From Thecamonas trahens ATCC 50062 (lineage: Eukaryota > Protista > Apusomonadida), in the NCBI RefSeq assembly GCF_000142905.1, contig NW_013657605.1, positions 18,600-82,001 on the forward strand: a stretch of DNA of 63,402 bases, given 5' to 3'. This document shows positions 55,221 to 63,402 of this stretch, piece by piece. A program made the position numbers and the translations under genes. Every line of letters starts with the position of its first letter. Within the stretch, counting starts at the first letter, position 1. The notes beneath the pieces are model-generated. The model saw nothing but the letters and a program-made list of their open reading frames with translations, was not told the DNA's origin and made no database searches.

Positions 55221-55919
55221 ATGAATTCCTCGAGGAGCATGGGGGAACGGAGGAAGTCAAGGGATTATGGCTTGGGTCAAGGTACTTCCATCGGTGGTGG
55301 TTTGGCCTCGGGATCGCTTGGTGGAGGTGCTTCCTCTTTTGCTGGTCATGCAGGTGGTGCGCCCATTGTGGGTAACGTCTTCCCGCCGAGTTATAACTAC
55401 TACGTGGGAGTCTGGCGGCGGACGCCGTATGATGTGCTTCGATCTGAGCCGATGTGTCTCAACGGTGCGCGTGGCGGAGCTCACATCTCGTCGTACGATA
55501 CCGATGTGGGCCAGTTGTGGCGCTTCCACGCGAGCCAGATGCACGCCAATGGGTTCTACCTCGAGGCGTTGGACGTGGGCGAGAACAGGTTCCTGGCCGG
55601 TGATCTGGCTATGGTCAGCGACCGCGAGGAGGCCGGCCTGTGGTTCTTTGAGTTCACCACGCCGTTTCGCGGCGGAAAGAACGACGTCGCCATCAAGGTC
55701 TTTAATGAGACCGGCCTGCTCCTCTGCTCGGAGCCGCTCAACGGGCGGGCCATACTCATGTCGGACAAGGAGGCATCGGCTCGCGAGAACGACGGTGCGT
55801 GGGTGTACAACAACGCGTGGGAGGTGACGCCCGACGTCGACGATGTCGAGGTCGACATGTTCCTGGAAAAGTACCTGACCCAGGAGGACGAGCTCGACAA
55901 GTTTATCGCCCAGCTGTGA
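55221..55919 (+). CDS. Hypothetical protein (Gly-rich N-terminus, Trp-rich beta-type core)
   Basis: Open frame with typical codon bias; start uncertain (55065, 55221 or 55239); no family recognised. Confidence 0.55.
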   Translation: MNSSRSMGERRKSRDYGLGQGTSIGGGLASGSLGGGASSFAGHAGGAPIVGNVFPPSYNYYVGVWRRTPYDVLRSEPMCLNGARGGAHISSYDTDVGQLWRFHASQMHANGFYLEALDVGENRFLAGDLAMVSDREEAGLWFFEFTTPFRGGKNDVAIKVFNETGLLLCSEPLNGRAILMSDKEASARENDGAWVYNNAWEVTPDVDDVEVDMFLEKYLTQEDELDKFIAQL

Positions 55920-55940
55920 GCGTCCGGGTAAACAGAGAGG

Positions 55941-56892
55941 CTACTCGGTGGTGGCGCCGACCTCGCGGAAGGTGTCCGAGGCGATAATAAAGACAGCCTT
56001 GGGCTTGGACGTGTCCTGTACGAGAAGGAAGGTCTGGGAGAAGGTCTTGATGACGTTCTTGCCGTAGTCAATCTCCCCTGCGACCGCAACGAGGATGTTG
56101 GCCATGGCGGTGTTGCCGTCTGAGCCGGGCAGGACGCCCGGAACAGGTTGACAGTCGACCGATGTGGTGGAGAACTTTGCCACTGGCAGCGACGACGAGA
56201 AGAACGCCTGCAAGCTCGAGGCCGGGACAGGGAATCCATTCCACACCACCACTGCTGCCGGCCCGTAGAAGTGATGCATCTCTGCCTTGGCCGAGTTGAG
56301 CACATCGTAGTATTGCTATCGTTCCGCTCCCCCGTGTAATCGGTGCGCGATGTTCGTCCGGTTGGTGTCCGTCCGATCCGTAGCGGTGCGTGGTGCCCGT
56401 CGGTGTGATTAGCGCCCGTGCAATCGGTGGTTGAGCAAGGATGCGTGAGACATGTGTGAGTGATTGCATGAGAGAGGGATGAGAGGGTGCCCCTCTCTCT
56501 ACGCCTGTCCCCGTCCCTGTCTCTCTCCCGCCCTCTACCTCTGTCCGCCAGCGGTAATGATAGCCAGACCATCCATGGACCACACTCTCGACAGCCACCG
56601 AGACTACATCCACATCATCATCATCATCATCCCTCAAACACCACACACTACACACACCATCGATATACTCCAATGACTATGGTATGCCTTGCTGCCCCCC
56701 CGCCGCATCATCAGAACCGATGGCGTCGAGGTGGCCAGGCCATCACAGCAAGTCGCCCTCTCCCTCCCGCCCCCCCCCCCCACCACACACATCCATAGAG
56801 AGACACAGACAGATGGTCCATACCGAGACAAAGCGCTCTCCACTGCGGACGGTAAAGTCGGTCAGTGCCTTGTTGCCCTGCACAACAGCCAT
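55941..56892 (-). CDS. NXT1: NTF2-related export protein NXT1/p15; complement(join(55941..56315,56824..56892))
   Basis: VVWNG, VDCQP, FSQTFLL and IASDTFR motifs; splicing restores the N-terminal NTF2 helix GERFVS|QYYDVLN. Confidence 0.85.
56316..56823 (-). other. Predicted spliceosomal intron (508 nt)
   Basis: GTATGG donor, ...GGAACGATAG acceptor, phase 0; restores a conserved motif. Confidence 0.8.
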
Positions 56893-57687
56893 GCTGGGGC
56901 GTCAAAGAGAGGTGTCGTTGACGAGGGCCATCGGACGGCTTGGCGGCTTGGCAGCAGCGTGCTGGCGTGGGGGGGAGGGGGGGGGGGGGCTGGTTGCGGA
57001 CGCGGCTCGTGCAGGAAGTTGGTGACTCTGATTGAGCTGATTGTCGGAATGTTTATAGTACAACACATGGAGAGGTTGTGGTTGAGATGTTGTAGTCATC
57101 GCGTGTATAGTGGTCATGGTAGAGGGCGTCAAAGATAGGGGTGGACCTGAGCCAGGTGACGAGTTGACGGCTTGACGGCGCGCGGGTGCTTGTTGCGGCG
57201 GCGGCTCGGAGACACTGTCATGACGGGACGGATCAAATCAAACCAGCACGGTGGATACATCATGATGTTGTGCTTCTTCTCTAGCTTTGACATGGCGATG
57301 ATATAGATGGTTCTCTCGCCCAAGCCCAGTGCGTACCCCGTGCGCCACACAGAGACCATGCGACCACGGGCTGGGAAGACCAGCCACTCACTGATCACAC
57401 AATGCTCATCAAACCACAGTCATCACCTTCTTTCTCCCTCTCTAGTACACTCGATCATACCATTGATGGTGGTAGATGAGCCAGATCATGCGTGCTGTGA
57501 CTGTGAGGGGACCTAGAGTGAGTGAGGAGGCGACGAAGCGGGGGGCGGGGGGGGGGGGCGGGGGGAGGGGCGGGGGGGGGGGGAGGGACTCGGGCGACAC
57601 GGCGACACACGGCGACAGACGGCGACAGACGGCGACAGACGGCGACACACGGCGAGACGGCTCAAGAGAGCGACAAAGGCGGGCAGT

Positions 57688-60600
57688 ATGGGTACGGGTA
57701 GGGGAGCAACACTCGAGTCTGAGTGGGAGTCAACTACAATGAGCATGAGCAATGGTCTACGGAGGGTGATGGCGGTGCTGGAAGCACTGGGGTCGGTTAT
57801 GGGCGGCGGTGGTGGTGGTGGCGGCGGTGACGGTGGTGGTGGTGGTGGGAGGGGGACGGTCGAGGTGGACGAGGTGCTGGAGGAGGCGAGCAAGCGGTAT
57901 GAGGAAGAGTTTGGTCATGTTGTGCTTCCTTCTCAGCTGACTGGATGTGGTGGTCGGACAAAGGTGGTCTTTGTTGCTCTGGATGCTCTGGCGGTGTTGG
58001 CTGATGAGCTCGGTCCTGGTCTGGCGACACTGGATGAGGTCGCCTTGAGCGACAAGGCCAAGATCAGGACAGTGGTGGAGATGGTTGTTCTCTGGGGCAT
58101 TGCTGTTCATCTCTTGCCAGGGGTGGGAATGCCGCCTCAAGCGCGGTCATCGGCTTTGGCTTCGCTCGCCAACGCGCCGTCGTTCTCGAGAAGCTCACTC
58201 GCTGTCGTCACATACTCTCCCAGCGAGCTGTTTGTCGTGCTGGAGCGATTGGTCGGCCTCGGTGGCTTTGGCTCAGATGCCATGCCCGAGCTAACGGTGG
58301 AGAACACCAACGAGATTCTCATCTCACTCCTTGCGCAGCACGCGGTTGATCTGGTCGCCGGCTACCTGCAGCTTGCGCACGCACCGGCGGCGGCGTCGGC
58401 GGCGTTGGCAGCGTCAGCAACGGCGACGGCGTCATTTACTTCGCCGGGTGCTATCGGCGCAGCAGCGGTGGCGGCAGCAGCAGCGGCGACTCCTGACACC
58501 GCACTGAGCGTGCAGGATGCGGCGCGTGCAGAGGCACGGGCGCACTGGCTGTTGGCGTCTGTCCAGCCGGACGTGGCGCTCGAGGTGGGGATGATCCTCC
58601 TCGGGTCGCGGATGCGGCGGTCGCCGCGGTGGCTGGTTCCGATTGCGCGGCGGGTGCTGAGTGATGCGTTGCTTGCCCGCGGCGGGGTCCACGCGCTCCT
58701 TTGCCAGATGCTCGACCGCGGCGACGAGTCCGACTACGACGCGGCGACAGTGGGCCGAGCGGTGCGACACCTTAGCCGCGTGCCATCGACTGTGCCGCGA
58801 GCGACGTATCTGGCGCGGGTCGGGGTCCAGCTGCTGGGCATTCTGGCGTCGGCAGTGGCATCAGCCCGTGACGGCAAGATTGAGTCGCCGGCGGTGACCC
58901 GCGCCGCGGTGCTGACGGTCCACATGCTGCTTGCAGCGCACCCGGTGGCGATGAAGGAACATTTTCTCCGCCCACTCTTTGCACCTTTCTTCCCGCTCTT
59001 TGCAGCGCCTGACGAAGCCGAGTCGCTGCTTGCGGTCCCGTGCGAGGCCGAGGCGTACGGAAGCGAGCCTCCTGAAGCCGGAGATGGGCTTCAGGTCGAC
59101 GATGCGGTGCGCGAGGTGGTGCCGGCGTGGCGGGTGGCGCATCTTGTGGGGATTCTGCACCTGGTGACAGCCTCGGCCACACCACTGCCGGCACGCGCGG
59201 CGGAGGCGCTGGCCTTTGGCGTCCCGCTTGTCTTTGCGCTGCTGGTGACGGCGACGGCGACCAAATCGTTCATGCGGGCGCGGATTGTGTCAACACTCGC
59301 TGGGCTGGCGCGTTGCAACGAAGCGACGGTCTCGGACGCGTTTCTTCAGCTCATTACTGCGCCAAACGTGCCGGGCCTCTCTGCGCAGGTGGGGCGGACG
59401 GTGTCCTGGTTTGCGCCGGCTGACGGCGGGGCGCTCGAGGTGCGGGCGCTCTCCTTGGACACGCCGGGTCTTTCGTTTGAGAGGTTTGCCGAGCTTGTGC
59501 CTGCGCGGTCGATCGAGGGTGAGGCGCAGGTGCTGCTAGACCTGCTCAAGGTGCTGCCGCGCGACTGCGGACTGCCATCTGCGTTGTTTTTCGGCCTCCT
59601 CGACGCGTTTGCTGGCGTGCGGGCGGAGCAGACGACCGAGGCAGGTGCCCGCGACGCCGCCATTGCAGCGCAGCTGGAGGCTGAGCTGGAGGCCAAGCTG
59701 GAGGCGGCGTCGCAATCAAGGGTGCGGGTGCGGGCAGAAGAGGCGCCTGCACCAAGTGTGGGCCAGATGGAGGCAGCCGCGAGGGCAGAGCTGCTCCGCG
59801 AGCAGCGGATGCGGGTCCTGCACATGCTCGCGGTGCTGGCAGACGAGCTGCCGATTGCAGCACTCATCGGGTCGGATGTGGACAAGATGCTCCGGCTTGC
59901 GCTGGCACTGCTCAAGTCCGAGGCGGAGGAAACGCTTGGGCTTGTGCTGCAGCTTGTCGAGTATGTGGTGACCGGGCGGGTGGCTATGACGTCGCAGGCG
60001 GAGGCAGTGACGCTGGAAGCGCTTGCTCCCGAGCTGGAGCGCCTAAGCAAGGCGAGCGGGGTGGTGGCGGCGATCCGCGAGTCTGCGACTCGGCTGCGGG
60101 TGCTCATTGTGTCGCGCGATCCCGCGTGGGCGAGGACAGCTACCGCAGGCAGCAGCGAGGGCGAGGTGGACGAGCAAGGCGTTGGCGGACGAGGCCGTGT
60201 GAGCGCGCGGCTGCGGGATGCGCTCAAGGCGCTGAGCGATCCACTGCTCCCTGTCCGAGCGGCCGGACTTGTCCAGCTCCGCAAGATTGTGCAGGGTGGG
60301 CTGTCAGCAGGCCATCTGGGCGAGGTGAAACGGATCTTCGAGTCGCAGCTAAGCGACGATGACTCGTTTGTGTTTATGGCAGCTGTGGAGGGCCTTGCGG
60401 CGGTGGTGGACGCGGCGCCGTCGCTGTTCCTCGACGATCTCATCCGAGCGTACGGCTCGGCGAGCCAGAGTGAGCAGCACCGGCTGAAGCTGGGCGAGGC
60501 GCTGCTGCGGGTGGCACTGATGGCGGGCGACCTGCTTCCGGAGCATGCACCGCGAATGGTGCGTGCGTTTCTGGCGCAAGCCGGCGATGAGAACGAGCAG

Positions 60601-60975
60601 GTTCGCGCGTCGGCGCTGTCGAATCTCGCGACGCTCGCAGGGGCTTCGCCGGTGCCTGCGGCGGTGCGGCGGTGCCTGGAAGAGCTTGTGGTCGGCGTGT
60701 CTGCGCTCTTGCTCCGCGACGAGAGCACAAGCGTTCGGCGGGCGGCGGCGTTTGTCAGCGTGCTGCTGATTGAGGGCCTGGGGTTGGAGGCGACGCAAGT
60801 CGGCAGCGTGATGCGCGACGTGCGGCACGCGCTCACGGTGGCTGCGCGCGACGATGCCGACGAGGTTGTTCGCGGGCATGCCGAGCGGGGGTTGGAGCGG
60901 CTGCGAAGCGTGGTGCGCGAGGCCGTGGTGGGGAGCAGGAGCAGTGGGCGGCAGCACTTTCTGGAGATTCTGTAA
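57688..60975 (+). CDS. TANGO6: TANGO6/RTP1 (TMCO7) HEAT-repeat protein
   Basis: ALKALSDPLLPVRAAGLVQL, LSDDDSFVFMAAVEGLA, RLKLGEALL, VRASALSNLA, VRRAA and DDADEVVRGHA. Confidence 0.85.
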   Translation: MGTGRGATLESEWESTTMSMSNGLRRVMAVLEALGSVMGGGGGGGGGDGGGGGGRGTVEVDEVLEEASKRYEEEFGHVVLPSQLTGCGGRTKVVFVALDALAVLADELGPGLATLDEVALSDKAKIRTVVEMVVLWGIAVHLLPGVGMPPQARSSALASLANAPSFSRSSLAVVTYSPSELFVVLERLVGLGGFGSDAMPELTVENTNEILISLLAQHAVDLVAGYLQLAHAPAAASAALAASATATASFTSPGAIGAAAVAAAAAATPDTALSVQDAARAEARAHWLLASVQPDVALEVGMILLGSRMRRSPRWLVPIARRVLSDALLARGGVHALLCQMLDRGDESDYDAATVGRAVRHLSRVPSTVPRATYLARVGVQLLGILASAVASARDGKIESPAVTRAAVLTVHMLLAAHPVAMKEHFLRPLFAPFFPLFAAPDEAESLLAVPCEAEAYGSEPPEAGDGLQVDDAVREVVPAWRVAHLVGILHLVTASATPLPARAAEALAFGVPLVFALLVTATATKSFMRARIVSTLAGLARCNEATVSDAFLQLITAPNVPGLSAQVGRTVSWFAPADGGALEVRALSLDTPGLSFERFAELVPARSIEGEAQVLLDLLKVLPRDCGLPSALFFGLLDAFAGVRAEQTTEAGARDAAIAAQLEAELEAKLEAASQSRVRVRAEEAPAPSVGQMEAAARAELLREQRMRVLHMLAVLADELPIAALIGSDVDKMLRLALALLKSEAEETLGLVLQLVEYVVTGRVAMTSQAEAVTLEALAPELERLSKASGVVAAIRESATRLRVLIVSRDPAWARTATAGSSEGEVDEQGVGGRGRVSARLRDALKALSDPLLPVRAAGLVQLRKIVQGGLSAGHLGEVKRIFESQLSDDDSFVFMAAVEGLAAVVDAAPSLFLDDLIRAYGSASQSEQHRLKLGEALLRVALMAGDLLPEHAPRMVRAFLAQAGDENEQVRASALSNLATLAGASPVPAAVRRCLEELVVGVSALLLRDESTSVRRAAAFVSVLLIEGLGLEATQVGSVMRDVRHALTVAARDDADEVVRGHAERGLERLRSVVREAVVGSRSSGRQHFLEIL

Positions 60976-60979
60976 AAGG

Positions 60980-61366
60980 ATGATGACATGTGGGCGATGT
61001 GCGGCGGCGGCGACAACGACGACGACGACGACGGCAAAAGCACGCTCCTCGAAGCCGTCGAGCTTTGTGCAGGTGGCGATGGTGCTGATGGTGCTGATGG
61101 CAATGGTCATGTCTGCCTCTGCGGTCTTTGTGGCCAACGACTATCCCGTCGTGCCAGACGTGCCTGTCGAGTCCCCGGCCCTGCTCTCGCACAAGTTTGA
61201 GCATGACCAGTACCGCGAGCTGGTCAAGGACACGGTTCTGCTGTTGGTTGGCTGGCTGGCTGGCGGCGGCTGCAGAGTGGGATGGGGAGAGGACTTTATC
61301 GCGTACTGTGTTGTTCACTTTGAGGCGCGCGACAACGCGCCCGAACGACCGCACGGTGATAGTTAG
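60980..61366 (+). CDS. Possible small secreted/membrane protein
   Basis: Signal-like VAMVLMVLMAMVMSASA followed by a stretch with coding-like codon usage; fills the whole TANGO6-SMT gap. Confidence 0.3.
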   Translation: MMTCGRCAAAATTTTTTTAKARSSKPSSFVQVAMVLMVLMAMVMSASAVFVANDYPVVPDVPVESPALLSHKFEHDQYRELVKDTVLLLVGWLAGGGCRVGWGEDFIAYCVVHFEARDNAPERPHGDS

Positions 61367-62980
61367 GACGAGGTGCCCGCGGCAGCCGGGGCGTCGGAGA
61401 CCTTGCGGGCAATAAAGAAGAGCATGGGGGTGAAGAGCTCCTGCTCGCCGCCGGCGAGGAGGCCCTCGGAGGCGCGGATGAGGATCTCGTGGGTCTTGAC
61501 GGAGCCCTTGGGGGAGAGGCCGAGGGTCTCGAGGACGTTGACGAGGGCGTGGGAGCACCACTTGCCGACCTTTGTGAGGCGGAAGCGCGAGAGCGAGTAC
61601 GAGCCCTGCATGTCGTAGTACCAGGGGATGGGGTTCTCCGGGGTGGTGGGAGCGAGGTCGACAAACTCGACGATCTCGTAGCCCGAGTCGATGAGGGCCT
61701 GGCGGACGTCCTCCGAGGTGATGATGTCTGGGAGGCCGTTGCCGATGGCGATGTCGTGCTTGATCTTGTTGTGGGCCGGGTTGTTCGGGTCGTACTTGTC
61801 AGTCATGGTCCACTCGTAGCCGCCAAACAGGCCGCCGTCCTTGAGGATGCGGTTGATCTCCGAGTAGCAGGCGACGCGGTCCGGGGCATGGCAAGTGGCC
61901 TCGATCTCGTAGACGGCGTCGTAGGAGGCGTCCTCGACGGGGATGTGCATAAAGTCAGCCTTGACAAAGCCACAGCGGCCGGCAAGGCCGGCCTCGGCAA
62001 CCAGCTTCTGGCCACGCGAGATCTGGTACGCGTTGTTGTTGAGGCCAGTCAGGTTTGCGCCCGAGAAGCGAGCGATGGAGATCATGGGACCGCCGACACC
62101 GCAGCCGACGTCGAGGACGTCCATGCCCGGCTTGAGGCCGAGATGAGAAGAAAGGTAGTGCTCGTGGCGGGCGACCGAGGCCGTCAGGGTCTCGCCGACA
62201 AAGCGAGTGCCAAAGTGGAAGCTCTGGCCCCAGCCCCACTCGTAAAAGTCGGTAGCGAGGTCGTAGTACGAGTTGACGACGGTGGTGTACGACTCGAGGC
62301 GAGAGGTGGCATCCTGCGAGTCGAACATCTGCTCGTAGGAAGAAGCCACAGCAGCCACAGCAGACTCATCCATGGAAGACCGGTTCATGCCAAGCAGCGA
62401 GGCCGACTGGTGTCATTTTCAGCATGGCCATATATGACCGATGATAGATGTGAGTGGGCAGGCGGTGAGAGGGGTCTTTTGGCGGAGCGGCGCGGAAAAA
62501 CAAACCGCTGCCATGCGATCCCAGGCGCAACGGGTTGGGTTGGGTGTGTGTGGTGGGGGGGTTGGGGTTGGGTGTGTGTGGGGGGTATGGGTATGGGAGA
62601 TAGAGGGGGAAAGAGGAAGGGTGTTGTGAAGGACGTGTGTGATGTGTGTGTGCCTTGTGTGTGGGGAGTGTTGGGGTGTAGCGAGTGGTAGAGGGTGGGA
62701 AAGGGGCGCAACGTGGCAGAGGGGGGGATGGCAGGCGGAGGCGGAGGCGGAGGGACGGGGGGACGGGGGGCGGGGGGGGGGGGTATGGGCATACCTTGTG
62801 GCGTGACTTGAGGGTCTTGTAGAGGAAGGCGACGACACCGATGATGATAAGCTTCTTGAGAGCAGAAGCACCAAGGAAGGCATTGATGAGGGAGGAAATA
62901 ACACCCTTGATGATAGCACCAGGAGCGGTGACAATGAGCTTGAAGAAGAGCTTGAACTTCTGGCCGGTGCTGATGCCCAT
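61363..62980 (-). CDS. SMT1: Sterol 24-C-methyltransferase (SMT/ERG6) with N-terminal membrane anchor; complement(join(61363..62406,62795..62980))
   Basis: YEWGWGQSFHF, LDVGCGVGGP, IEATCHAP and YEW motifs; a 62-codon hydrophobic exon 1 joins in phase 0. Confidence 0.93.
62407..62794 (-). other. Predicted spliceosomal intron (388 nt)
   Basis: GTATGC donor followed by poly-C; ATGAC-ACC-AG acceptor; in-frame join SRHK|SASLLGMN. Confidence 0.8.
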
Positions 62981-63203
62981 GGTTTGGAGAGAATGAAAGT
63001 GAGAGAGATGGTGGATGAAAATTCGGTCACTTTGGCAAACGGATGCCACCTCGCATACTCGCAGACCCAGATCGCCATCTTCTGTTCCGCCATGTATGGT
63101 TTCTCTCGAACCGTTGACACCGACGACTGAGACGTTGTTCGCACCGATAAGCGCGTCAATGACCGCAGCGCGAGTGTCAGGGAGCGGGTAGTACTCGGAT
63201 GGG

Positions 63204-63401
63204 TTAGGTGGCGTGTGGCATGGGTGAGGGGCGGAGGGGTGAACTGGGAACAATGGCCTGGATGCGGTCGGCAAGATCGTCGACCATGTCAACCACGCTG
63301 TCGCGAGCCGGGGAGTACGGAGCGAGGCCGCGCTCGAGGAGGGCGTAGAGAGTGCCGATGCGGGCGACTTTGAGCTCGGGCGTGAGTTCTATCGTGTTCC
63401 C
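63204..63401 (-). CDS. 3' portion of an unidentified gene entering from beyond the window
   Basis: Open frame GNTIELTPELKVARIGTLYALLERGL...DDLADRIQAIV...* with typical codon usage. Confidence 0.4.
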   Translation of the reverse strand, partial: GNTIELTPELKVARIGTLYALLERGLAPYSPARDSVVDMVDDLADRIQAIVPSSPLRPSPMPHAT

Positions 63402-63402
63402 T

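Noticed and set aside
57129-57398. Small minus-strand ORF upstream of NXT1
   Set aside because: No motif, and codon usage is atypical.

Overview
This is a GC-rich, gene-dense, intron-poor eukaryotic scaffold segment with five N-gaps, mostly next to poly-C/G runs. Gene content (DRC7, MORN2-like, sterol C24-methyltransferase, MOB1, MON1) points to a flagellated protist; resemblance to an apusomonad such as Thecamonas is my inference only. About 24 protein genes are supportable. They include MON1, MOB1, a DH-PH/coiled-coil protein, a peroxisomal SDR, an MFS transporter, an ASH-domain protein, an SLC25 carrier, a short major-vault-protein-like protein, a C2 protein, an AidB-type acyl-CoA dehydrogenase, an NFKBIL1-like protein, a ~2,400-aa coiled-coil protein, a hyper-acidic protein, ISCA, a FAM47-like protein, YL1/VPS72, a PstS-type receptor kinase, NXT1 and TANGO6/RTP1. 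Four GT-AG introns were reconstructed by hand and restore frame or conserved motifs. The most notable items are: (1) a compact MVP-like 'mini-vault' candidate; (2) a receptor with tandem PstS-like phosphate-binding domains, a TKL kinase, a degenerate cyclase-like segment and a pseudokinase; (3) an orphan with KEN box, D-box and LR tail that could be an APC/C inhibitor; (4) AATCG/CCAAT-core minisatellites in divergent intergenic regions; and (5) extreme packing with interlocked stop codons. No rRNA, tRNA, CRISPR array or transposon was recognised. All family calls come from motif recognition without database searches.
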